A stretch of 37,049 bases of DNA, from the NCBI GenBank assembly GCA_043809585.1, contig JBDROZ010000091.1, positions 1 through 37,049 on the forward strand. The letters are read 5' to 3'. Under the pieces are notes generated by a model that did not search any database, was not told where the DNA came from, and worked only from the letters and a program-made list of their open reading frames with translations. Below are positions 1-9,051 of this stretch, piece by piece. Source of the stretch: Candidatus Eiseniibacteriota bacterium. Lineage in GTDB: Bacteria > Orphanbacterota > Orphanbacteria > Orphanbacterales > Orphanbacteraceae. The position numbers and the translations under genes are program-made. Each line of letters opens with the position of its first letter. Within the stretch, counting starts at the first letter, position 1.

Positions 1-155
1 CGCCTGCGAAGCCTCCTTTCCGTCGCCGCCTCCTCGACGTAGTGCATGACTACGCCTCCGGTGGCGGCTCGTCCAAGTCGGCTTCTCGTCAGGCGATCCG
101 AGCCCTCGTGACGGAGATTCATGCATAATCCAGGCTAGACCCACGGGGAGACATC

Positions 156-2288
156 GTGCTCAAACGGTTCCTGCACGGTTCCCTCCTGGGAGGGGGAGCG
201 GCCGCCGTCGCCCTCGCGCTTTGGGGGGCCGGCGCCCTCGACCGCTGGGAGGACACCACCTGGGCGTGGCGCGTCCGTCACTTCGCCCGGCCTTCGGCGG
301 CCACCGAAAGCATCAAGATCATCCTGCTCGACCAGGAATCCCTCGACTGGGGCCGGGACCAGAACGGCTGGTCGTGGCCGTGGCCGCGGGAGGTTTACGG
401 CCCGATCATCGACTTCTGCCGCCGGGGCGGGGCCCGGACCATCGCGTTCGACGTTCTCTACACCGAGCCTTCCCTCTACGGCGTTTCTGACGACGAAGCC
501 CTCGGGGCCGCCGCCGGACGGGGGGCGGACTTCATCGGCGCCCTGTTCCTGACCGACGAACAGGCGGGGGAGTCGGCTTGGCCCCCGGAAGTGCCGCGGC
601 CCGACTGGAATTTCACGGGCCTCCCCGGGAAAGGGGACGAAGGCCCCGCGCGGATCCGAAGCGCCGCGGCGGCCCACTTCCCCGTTCCCGAAGTGGCCGG
701 GGCCGCCGCCATCCTGGCGAACGTGTCGGACCGGCCGGACGAAGACGGCGTCTTCCGCCGCGCATCGCTCCTGCGCGAATTCGACGGCCGGCCGATCCCC
801 TCCCTCGGTCTCGCCGCGTATCTCCACGGCCGCGCCGAACTCCGCGCTCCGGGGGCGCTGCGCGTGGAGGAGGACCGCCTTCTCCTCGGACCGCTGCCGG
901 TTCCCATCGACGCGAAGGGGCGGAGCATTCTCCGCTTCCCGGGACCGACGGGGACCTACCCGGCCGTCAGCGCCGCCTCCGTGATCCAGTCGGAGCTCAG
1001 GATGCTCGGCGGGGAGGAACCGGTCCTCGATCCGGCCTTCTTCCGAGGCGCCCACGTCTTCTTCGGATTCAGCGCGCCGGGGCTTCTCGACCTTCGCCCC
1101 ACGCCGCTCAGCCGGGTCGGCCCCGGCGTCGAGATCCATGCCACGGTCTTGGACAATCTACTGACCGGCGGCTTCCTCCGGGAGCCTCCGCGGCTGCTCA
1201 CGATCCTCGCGACCCTCCTCCTCGCCCTTCTCGCGAGCACCCTCGTCGTTTCGACCAGGAGGGCCTGGCTGAGCGCCCTGGTCCTGCTTCTCCTCCTGCC
1301 CGTCCCCGCCCTCCTCGGCCTCGCCGGGTACGGGCCGGGGTACTGGTGGCCCATTGTCGTCGGCGAGCTGGCCGTCGCGCTCTCCCTCGTCGGCGCCATC
1401 GTGCTGAATTACGCCACCGAGGGACGCCAGAAACAGTTCATCAAGCAGGCTTTCAAATTCTACCTGAGCCCGGAGGTGATCGAACGGATCCTGAAAGACC
1501 CCTCCCAGCTCCGGCTCGGCGGCGACCGGCGTGAGCTGACGATCCTCTTCTCCGATATCGAGGGCTTCACCTCCATCTCCGAGAAGCTCGACCCGGCGGG
1601 CCTCACCGCGCTCCTCAACGACTACCTGTCCGACATGACCGACATCGTGCTGGACGAGGGGGGGACGCTGGACAAGTACGTGGGGGACGCGTTCATCGCC
1701 TTTTGGAACGCGCCCCTCGGTCAGCCGGACCACGGGGAGCGCGCCGCCCGGGCGGCCTGGCGCTGCCAGCGGAGACTCGCGCAGCGGCGGGAGGAGTTCC
1801 GTTCCCGGACGGGGGCGGAGCTCCGCATGCGGATCGGCATCCACACCGGTGAGGCCGTCGTCGGCAACATGGGATCGAAGCAGCGCTTCAACTACACCGT
1901 GCTGGGCGACGCCGCGAACCTCGCGTCGAGGCTCGAGGGGGCGAACAAGGTCTTCGGCACCTACACGATGCTGTCCGAGTCAACCCGGGACCGGGCCGGG
2001 GGGGCGATCCGGGCGCGGGAAATCGGGCGGCTGCGCGTGGTCGGACGCCGGACCCCGGTGCTCGTCTACGAGTTGTGCGGGATGGCCGGAGATCCGGCGC
2101 CGGCCCGGCACGAGGCGTTCGAGCGCGGCCTCCGCCTCTGCTACGACGGGGCGACGCGCGACGCCCTTGCGGTTTTCGACGAAATCCCGGATGATCCGGT
2201 GTCGCGGGCTTACGCGCGGCGTTGCCGATCGCTGCTCACCGAACCCGGAGCGGCCTGGGACGGGATCTGGAACCTGACGGAGAAGTAG
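156..2288 (+). CDS. CHASE2-domain membrane adenylate cyclase (class III)
   Basis: N-terminal TM, CHASE2-like region (WPWPR, IAFDVLY, D-x-DGVFR, GVEIHA), TM helices, then class III cyclase motifs ILFSDIEGFT, DKYVGDA, MRIGIHTG, YTVLGDAANLASRLEG. The Lys and Thr specificity residues favour ATP. Confidence 0.93.
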   Translation: MLKRFLHGSLLGGGAAAVALALWGAGALDRWEDTTWAWRVRHFARPSAATESIKIILLDQESLDWGRDQNGWSWPWPREVYGPIIDFCRRGGARTIAFDVLYTEPSLYGVSDDEALGAAAGRGADFIGALFLTDEQAGESAWPPEVPRPDWNFTGLPGKGDEGPARIRSAAAAHFPVPEVAGAAAILANVSDRPDEDGVFRRASLLREFDGRPIPSLGLAAYLHGRAELRAPGALRVEEDRLLLGPLPVPIDAKGRSILRFPGPTGTYPAVSAASVIQSELRMLGGEEPVLDPAFFRGAHVFFGFSAPGLLDLRPTPLSRVGPGVEIHATVLDNLLTGGFLREPPRLLTILATLLLALLASTLVVSTRRAWLSALVLLLLLPVPALLGLAGYGPGYWWPIVVGELAVALSLVGAIVLNYATEGRQKQFIKQAFKFYLSPEVIERILKDPSQLRLGGDRRELTILFSDIEGFTSISEKLDPAGLTALLNDYLSDMTDIVLDEGGTLDKYVGDAFIAFWNAPLGQPDHGERAARAAWRCQRRLAQRREEFRSRTGAELRMRIGIHTGEAVVGNMGSKQRFNYTVLGDAANLASRLEGANKVFGTYTMLSESTRDRAGGAIRAREIGRLRVVGRRTPVLVYELCGMAGDPAPARHEAFERGLRLCYDGATRDALAVFDEIPDDPVSRAYARRCRSLLTEPGAAWDGIWNLTEK

Positions 2289-2294
2289 TCGTTC

Positions 2295-3137
2295 ATGAAG
2301 GTGACCTTCTGCGGGGTCCGCGGGACGGCCCCTGCCTCGGGGCCCGAATTCAACGAGTTCGGCGGGCACACGACGGCGGTCCTCGTCCATGGCCGGGACG
2401 GGGAGGCGGTCTGCATCGACGCCGGTACGGGCGCGATCGACGCCGGACGCATCCTCGATTCCGGCGGCGGGCCCTCTTCTCTGCTCCTTCTCGTGACGCA
2501 CTGTCATCTGGATCACATCATGGGCCTCGGGGTCTTCTCTCCGCTGCACGGCCCGGACTGGCGGGTCCGATTCGCGGCGCCGCGGCGGGACGGCCCGTCG
2601 GTTCGCGACGGGATCACGAAGATCCTCGACGAGCCTTACTGGCCGGTCCGGCTCGCCGGCATGGCCGCGACCATCGAGTGGGTCGACCTGTCCGACGGGG
2701 CGCCGGCCCCCTACCTTCACGGGGGGCTACAGGTCCGATGGTGTGCCGTGCGCCACAACGGCGTCTGTACCGCGTACCGGCTCGACGAACCCGCGACGGG
2801 GGCCTCCCTCGTTTTCGCCACCGACATGGAGTGGGGGCGATCCACGGATACGGAAAAGGCCGCCTTTCTGCGTTTCTGCGCCGAACCGTCGCCGGCCCGT
2901 CTTCTGGTCATCGACGGGCAGTACACGCGGGAGACGTACACGGAGCACCGGGGATGGGGGCACGGCACCGTCGAGGAAGCCGCGGAAATCGCGGGAGAAG
3001 CCCGGGTCGGGAGGCTGCTCGTCACCCATCATGCGCCGGACCGGACGGACGCATTGCTCCGGCTGGTAGAGGCGAGGCTGGCCGAACTGGCGCCGAACGC
3101 GGGCCTGGCCCGCCAAGGGATGATCGTCGAGGTCTGA
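2295..3137 (+). CDS. Metallo-beta-lactamase-fold hydrolase (putative cyclic-nucleotide phosphodiesterase)
   Basis: GVRGT, IDAGTG, THCHLDH metal motif, ATDME, DGQYT, GWGH, THHAP. Starts 6 nt after the cyclase stop. Confidence 0.88.
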   Translation: MKVTFCGVRGTAPASGPEFNEFGGHTTAVLVHGRDGEAVCIDAGTGAIDAGRILDSGGGPSSLLLLVTHCHLDHIMGLGVFSPLHGPDWRVRFAAPRRDGPSVRDGITKILDEPYWPVRLAGMAATIEWVDLSDGAPAPYLHGGLQVRWCAVRHNGVCTAYRLDEPATGASLVFATDMEWGRSTDTEKAAFLRFCAEPSPARLLVIDGQYTRETYTEHRGWGHGTVEEAAEIAGEARVGRLLVTHHAPDRTDALLRLVEARLAELAPNAGLARQGMIVEV

Positions 3138-3203
3138 TTCCTCATTTCGTCTCGTCCGCCCGCCCGGCACGGAGAGCGGGGGGAGAGGGAGCGGGTATTC
3201 GTC

Positions 3204-4832
3204 GTGAACGAGTACATCGGTTACGCCAACGCGGCGCTCTTCTACCTCGTCATCTATCTGGCCGCGGGGGCCCTGTGCGCCTTTTACCATCGACGGTCGG
3301 GCGGAGATCGCGACGCCCTCCACGTATCCGCCGGCAGCCTGCGCCGCCTGCTCGGTTCCGTGCTTCGTCCGGTCGCCGTTCTGTTGCTGACCCAGCTCGG
3401 GCTCCGGCTCCTCCGATTCGACGGCTCGGCCCCCGACTGGATCGCCCTCCATTCGAGCCACGTCACGGCGTGGAGTCTGTTCTGGATCGGTGCCCTCGTC
3501 GTGCAGCTCGCCGAGGGCCTGGCCCGCGAGGTTTACACCCTCCGCAAGCGCCCTTTCCCGATTCCGGACCTTCTCTTCGGGATTCTCCGCGCGCTCCTTC
3601 TCCTCGCCATCGCCTTCGCCGTGCTCCGCGTCGAAATGGGCATCGACATCGCCCCCCTGCTCGCGTCCACGGCGCTCCTCACCGCCGTGGTCGGCTTCGC
3701 CCTCCAGGGGGTTCTCGGCAACCTCCTCGCCGGCATGTCCCTGCACATCGTGAAGACCATCCTCCCCTCCGAATGGGTCATCATCGGTGACGTGGAGGGC
3801 CGCGTCGTCCGAACCAACTGGCGGGAAACCCGTCTCCGCTCGAGGGACGGGCATTCACTGATCGTGCCGAACAGCAAGGTCGCCGAGTCGCTGATCAACA
3901 ACATGGTCCAGCCCGATTCCCGGAGGCGCCACAAGATCCACGTCGGTGCGAGCTACGCCGACGCGCCCGACGAGGTGATCGCCGCCCTCGTGGAGGCGGC
4001 CGAGAGCGTTCCCGAGGTGATGCGGCACCCCGCTCCCGACGCGTTCATCGTGGAGTTCCAGGACTACGGCATCAACTACCGGCTCCGCTTCTGGACCGAC
4101 CAGTATTCACGGCGCGCGGAGATCGAGGGGAACGTGGGCCGCATGATCTGGTATCAATTCAAGCGTCGGGGCATCGAGATCCCGTTCCCCATGAGCGACC
4201 AGCTCCTGAACGACTTCATGGCGGTGGTTTACAATCAGCGCCACATGCAGCCCGAGCAGAGGGAACTGGACTCGCGGGTCTCCGACCTCGGAAAGAGCGA
4301 CTTCTGCGGCAAGCTCTGTGTCGACAAGGAAGGCGCCCCCCTGCTGAGCGACGAGGACCTCGCGATCGTGGCCCCCTTCGTGCGGCGGGTGCGCTACACC
4401 CACGGCGAGACCCTCTTCCGGCAGGGGGACGGCGGCGAGTCGTTCTACGTGGTCGTCAAGGGGAAGCTCAGGGGCCGGATCGATCAAGGGCAGGGGGTGC
4501 CGGCGACGGAGTTCGAACTCGGCCCGGGTGTGATTCTCGGGGAGATGAGCCTGATGACAGGCCTCCCCCGCACGGCCACCATCGACGTGACCGAGAGCGC
4601 CGAGCTGCTCCGGTTCGACCAAGAGGCCTTTGGCCTCGTCCTCGGCCTGCACCCGGACATCCCGGAGATCCTCTCCCGCCTCGCGGCCGACCGGGCGGCG
4701 CAAAACGCCGCGGATCTCGAGCGGCTCGTCAAGCTCCGCTCCGAATCCACCCTCGAGGATCTGAAGCAGCCCAACATCCTGAAACGCTTCATGAAGATGA
4801 TCCGGCGGACGGGCGCCCCTCCCGCACGCTAG
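3204..4832 (+). CDS. MscS mechanosensitive channel with C-terminal cNMP-binding domain
   Basis: TM helices, VGFALQGVLGNLLAG, NWRETRL, VPNS, GIEIPFP (MscS). cNMP domain LFRQGD...FYVVVKG...GEMSLMTGLPRTATI. Confidence 0.92.
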   Translation: MNEYIGYANAALFYLVIYLAAGALCAFYHRRSGGDRDALHVSAGSLRRLLGSVLRPVAVLLLTQLGLRLLRFDGSAPDWIALHSSHVTAWSLFWIGALVVQLAEGLAREVYTLRKRPFPIPDLLFGILRALLLLAIAFAVLRVEMGIDIAPLLASTALLTAVVGFALQGVLGNLLAGMSLHIVKTILPSEWVIIGDVEGRVVRTNWRETRLRSRDGHSLIVPNSKVAESLINNMVQPDSRRRHKIHVGASYADAPDEVIAALVEAAESVPEVMRHPAPDAFIVEFQDYGINYRLRFWTDQYSRRAEIEGNVGRMIWYQFKRRGIEIPFPMSDQLLNDFMAVVYNQRHMQPEQRELDSRVSDLGKSDFCGKLCVDKEGAPLLSDEDLAIVAPFVRRVRYTHGETLFRQGDGGESFYVVVKGKLRGRIDQGQGVPATEFELGPGVILGEMSLMTGLPRTATIDVTESAELLRFDQEAFGLVLGLHPDIPEILSRLAADRAAQNAADLERLVKLRSESTLEDLKQPNILKRFMKMIRRTGAPPAR

Positions 4833-6010
4833 CATCGCCGGCGTTCCGGTAGATCGGTTCGGTCGGGGCCGCGTTGTTGTCGCGGTAGATGAAGTGGGTC
4901 AGGTCATTGTAGAAGAAGTTGAGGAGGTTCGTGATTCGGCCGCCCTTCAAAGCAATCGTCGGGGTGAACTGCACGGAGGTCAGGTGTTCCGGCTCCAGGT
5001 CCCTGGCCCCCCGGTAGCTCGCCAGGGAGTTATAGCGATACCAGTAAGGGGCGTCCACGAAGGACTGCGAGTAAGACAGCTTCACGTTGAAGCGAGCATT
5101 CGGAAGGTAGATCGCGGCCAGGCGCGGACTGAAGTTGCCGATGCGCGGTCCGTCGTGACGATTCTTGTTGTCGTACCTCACGCCGAGATTGAAGATGTAC
5201 TGATTCCGGATTCTCTGCTTCAACTGGGAGAAGGCGGAGTAGATCTCTTCCTCACCGGTCTCCAGCACTCGAACATCGCTGTTGTCGGCGATCGATGTGT
5301 ACTCGCCTCCGGTGCCCAGGGGAAACATGCTGTCGGTGAGTTTCATGCCGTCGTACTGGACACCGACGAGCAGGTTGCCGGAGCCCACACCGTTCCACTC
5401 GTAGTGTTTGCGAACGTGGCCCATGAATCCCATGTCGGATTCGGTCCATTGTGGGATCCCGATCTTCTGGATCGACGGATCGATGATCAGCGCGACGTCG
5501 ATCCGGTTGAAATCGCGGTAGACGCTCATGTTGACATCGATGTCGGACTTCAGGGTTTTTTCATAGGAAAGATTGAAATGTCTGAACGTCGATCCCAATC
5601 CCGGTCCGGTTCCCATGAACTCACGGTACTGACCGTATTTGTAGGTCTCTCCCGTGACGCCCCCCGCCGAGAAGGGCTCGATGTACTTGCAGTAGCGTGC
5701 GCCGGCAAGCAGTGACCACGGACCCCTTGAATACCGTAGCCCCGCATCGTAGGAGGACGGATCCTTGATGCCGTCTACGATTGCCGCGCCGCCGGCGGGA
5801 TCCGACGAGTAGTCTTCATCGGGAGAGATGGATATCTCTTCGCCGTCCGCCTCATACGACGCCCCCCACAGCAGGAGGTCGTCCCCTTCATCGAATGCCC
5901 GTCCGTAAACGGCGCTGTATCGGGTCTGGCCGAAATTCCCCCGGCCCAAGGTGGCATCCAGGCCTTCGGCGTCGCGGCCCTTCTTCGTCACGAGATTTAT
6001 GACCGCCGCT
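4833..6010 (-). pseudogene. Internal fragment of a TonB-dependent receptor
   Basis: Begins at the end-of-plug motif AVINLVTK and has barrel motifs LGVRYD, FSPRLAAIY, KLSYSQSF and DLEPE. No signal peptide or plug start, and no C-terminal Phe strand. Breaks off at YRNAG next to the mscS stop. Confidence 0.75.
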
Positions 6011-6245
6011 TTCCGGCCGGCCGGGAGGGCGACTAAGTCGATATGAATAATGGGGTTAGGCGGGAGGAGCGGCTGTCCGCGGTGGCGGGAGAAGTTTCTC
6101 GGAGGGGCGGCCGTCTTGGGTGACGGATGATGTTTCGTCCGGGTACAAAGGTGGTAATATGGGGCGAGAGCGTTTTGAGCCGAGATCTCATGGAAGATCA
6201 AGGCTAGACGATCGAACCTTGGGACACACACGACGGAGAGGCACG

Positions 6246-6410
6246 ATGCCGACCTATGAGTTCATCTGCCGCGCCTGCAAGAAGAAGTTCACGGTGGTGA
6301 AGCCCATCACGGAGTACGACCCGAAGAAGCTGGCTTGCCCGAAGTGCAAGAGCAGAATGGTCGATCGCCGTTGGAGCGGCGTGTTCGTCAAGACGTCCAA
6401 GAAGAGCTAG
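6246..6410 (+). CDS. FmdB-family zinc-ribbon protein
   Basis: MPTYEFICRAC...CPKC with two CxxC pairs. RBS GGAGAGG upstream of the ATG at 6246. Confidence 0.88.
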   Translation: MPTYEFICRACKKKFTVVKPITEYDPKKLACPKCKSRMVDRRWSGVFVKTSKKS

Positions 6411-6606
6411 CGGGGCCGCGGCTCGATCCGTCTCCCTAAAGACGGGTCAAGGACCGATCGGCCGGCCCGGCGCGGCACCTTCAGGGCCGCACGATATTTT
6501 CACGCGGGGCGGACGGTCATTGCGGCCCTCCCTTCATCAACCCAAAGCCAAGACCGTGAGAGAGAATGACAAGACGCGCATTTCCATCCACGAGTAGACG
6601 AATGCC

Positions 6607-7986
6607 ATGCGACTCCATCTGATCAATCCCTCCAACCCGCTCGTCAGCATTGTCAAGATCAAGGAGAACCGCTGGAACCGTTACCGCGTATGGAAGCCGC
6701 TCAGCCTCATGGTTCTCGCGGGCCTGACCCCACCGGAATGGGAAATCACGATCCTCGATGAGAACCTCGGCCTGCCCGACTATTCCGCCATGCCTCGGCC
6801 GGACCTCGTCGGCATCACCGCTTTCACGTCCCAGGCCAACCGCGCCTACGAACTGGCCGCCCACTTCCGGCGCCTGGGCGTGCCCGTCGTGATGGGCGGC
6901 ATTCACGCGACCATGTGCCTCGAAGAAGTCATGGAACGGGTGGATTCGGTGGTCACCGGGGAGGCCGAGGGCATCTGGCCCCAGCTGCTGGAGGACGCCC
7001 GGCACGGCCGCCTGAAGCGCCGGTATGACGGAGGGCTGGCCGAGATCGAGGATGTTCCGGTCGCGCGGCATGATCTGCTTGACGAGGGATATGCCTTCGG
7101 CGCCGTTCAGACCACGCGGGGCTGTCCGTTGAACTGCAGCTTCTGCAGCGTAACGGCGTTCAATGGGACCCGGTACCGGCAGCGGCCGATCCCGGATGTG
7201 GTGCGTGAATTCCGGTTGGTCCGCGAGAAACGTGTTCTCGTCGTGGATGACAACCTGATCGGTACACGCCCAGAACACATCGCGCGCGCCAAGAACCTGT
7301 TCCGCGCATTGGCCCAGGCGAATCTGCGAAAGGAGTGGGTCGCCCAAGCGACCATCAACTTCGCCGATGACGAAGAACTTCTGGCGTTGGCCGCGAAGGC
7401 CGGGTGCAGAGGGGTCTTCATCGGCTTCGAATCCCCCACGCCGGAAGGGCTTCGGGAGCTGGGCAAGAAGTTCAACTTGATCAAGGGCCGGGACTTCAGG
7501 GCGTCCGTGCGGCGCATACAGCGGCACAACATACTCGTCGTGGGCTCCTTCATCATCGGCCTGGACATAGACGAACCGGGCATCGGAAGACATATCGCGG
7601 AGGTCGCCAGCCGTTACGGCGTGGACAACCTCAACCTCCTGTTTTTGACGCCCCTGCCCGGCACCCGCCTCTGGGATCAAATGAAATCCGAGGACCGCAT
7701 CGCCCTCAACGAGTTTCCCGAAGATTGGAAATACTACACGCTGACCTATCCGGTGGCGCGTTACAAGCGCTTGTCTCTCGACGGCGTCATCCGAGAAGTG
7801 CTCGCCTGCAGCCGCGACTTCTATTCCGCGCCTCGCATCGTGCGCAGGGTCTGCCGGAATCTGTGGCGACGCCGCGAGCCGCTGATCACCTTGGTGGGCA
7901 ATCTCTCTTACAGGAACAACATACGGGTGAGTTCTCACGCGTATGCGGACTTCCGCCGTCAGGTGGGCGGCAGGTTCGGCGAGTAA
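6607..7986 (+). CDS. B12-binding radical SAM protein
   Basis: B12-binding N-terminus (VVMGGIHAT, VVTGEAE), TTRGCPLNCSFC (CxxxCxxC), VDDN, FIGFES, TPLPGT. Confidence 0.92.
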   Translation: MRLHLINPSNPLVSIVKIKENRWNRYRVWKPLSLMVLAGLTPPEWEITILDENLGLPDYSAMPRPDLVGITAFTSQANRAYELAAHFRRLGVPVVMGGIHATMCLEEVMERVDSVVTGEAEGIWPQLLEDARHGRLKRRYDGGLAEIEDVPVARHDLLDEGYAFGAVQTTRGCPLNCSFCSVTAFNGTRYRQRPIPDVVREFRLVREKRVLVVDDNLIGTRPEHIARAKNLFRALAQANLRKEWVAQATINFADDEELLALAAKAGCRGVFIGFESPTPEGLRELGKKFNLIKGRDFRASVRRIQRHNILVVGSFIIGLDIDEPGIGRHIAEVASRYGVDNLNLLFLTPLPGTRLWDQMKSEDRIALNEFPEDWKYYTLTYPVARYKRLSLDGVIREVLACSRDFYSAPRIVRRVCRNLWRRREPLITLVGNLSYRNNIRVSSHAYADFRRQVGGRFGE

Positions 7987-8082
7987 CCCCCCGCCCTCTT
8001 CCGCAATCCATGGTCGCCTCTTTCTCGCGCGGGGCCCGGACATCGTACCCAGGGACTTCCTCGTCGCAAGCTCGAAGACGAT

Positions 8083-9051
8083 TCACCCGACCGGTGGGCG
8101 GGGGGTGGGTTGTCCGCGTCGCTCGAGCCACTCCAGCATCTCCCGAAGGCTCCCCGTGGCCAGGGCGATGCTCGTATCGGCCGCGCCATAATACAAGTGG
8201 ATGGTGTCGCCATCGGGGGCGATCGTGTAGCCGCAAGGAAAGACGACGTTCCCTACATCCCCGACCCTTTCGTAGGGCTCTTCCGGGCCGAAGATCCACT
8301 CGTCGCCCCGCGCCAGGCAATGCTCGGGTTCGTCCAAGTCAAAAAGAGCGAGTCCGAGCCGGTAGAGACAGCCACCGGCGGTCATCCTCACGCCGTGGTA
8401 AACCACGAGCCAACCTCGCGAAGTTTCGATGGGCGGCGGAGAGAGGCCGATCTTGTTCGCATCCCACCATCCCCCGCGCCGGGCTTCCAGCATCAGCTTG
8501 TGGCTGCCCCAGTGCCGCAGGTCGGCCGAATAGGACATCCACATGTGCGCGCTGGGGGCGCTGACCGGCCGATGGATCAAGGCCCAATTGCCGCCGATGC
8601 GGTGAGGAAGAAGGGCGGCGTCTTTGTCTTCCGGCGGCATGATCACGCCATAGCGCTCGAAGTGCTCGAAATCTTCCGTGAAAGCCAGGGCCACGCCGGG
8701 GCCGTCACGGGTGAAGGCGGTATAGACGACAGCATACTTTTCCAATTCCGGGATGTAGGTGATGCGCGGATCTTCAATGCCTCCCGATTCTTCCGGGAAG
8801 TGTTCGGGATCCGCCGACAGTGTCGGCTGAGGGTCGATGCGCCAGCGGTCCACACCGTTGGCCGAACGGGCCGCGCAGAAATGGGAATGGCCACGCCGAT
8901 CTTCCACGCGGCACAACAGAAGGATCGTCCCGTCGTGCAGCACCGCGGCCCCCGGGTTGAACACACTATTGACCGGATAGGGCCAATCGGCGGCGGTCAG
9001 AATGGGATTCAGCTTATGCCGGAGAAAAAGCGCGGTACGTTCATCGCTCAT
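8083..9051 (-). CDS. GH130-like glycosidase/phosphorylase (beta-propeller)
   Basis: NPIL, VFNPGA, GIEDPRIT, EDKDAAL, LIHRP, GNVVFPCG, YYGAADT. The ATG at 9051 overlaps the upstream stop (ATGA). Confidence 0.9.
   Translation of the reverse strand: MSDERTALFLRHKLNPILTAADWPYPVNSVFNPGAAVLHDGTILLLCRVEDRRGHSHFCAARSANGVDRWRIDPQPTLSADPEHFPEESGGIEDPRITYIPELEKYAVVYTAFTRDGPGVALAFTEDFEHFERYGVIMPPEDKDAALLPHRIGGNWALIHRPVSAPSAHMWMSYSADLRHWGSHKLMLEARRGGWWDANKIGLSPPPIETSRGWLVVYHGVRMTAGGCLYRLGLALFDLDEPEHCLARGDEWIFGPEEPYERVGDVGNVVFPCGYTIAPDGDTIHLYYGAADTSIALATGSLREMLEWLERRGQPTPRPPVG

Noticed and set aside
2295-3137. MBL hydrolase as the CRISPR signal-degrading nuclease
   Set aside because: It is 20 kb from corA and tightly linked to the adenylate cyclase, which explains it better.
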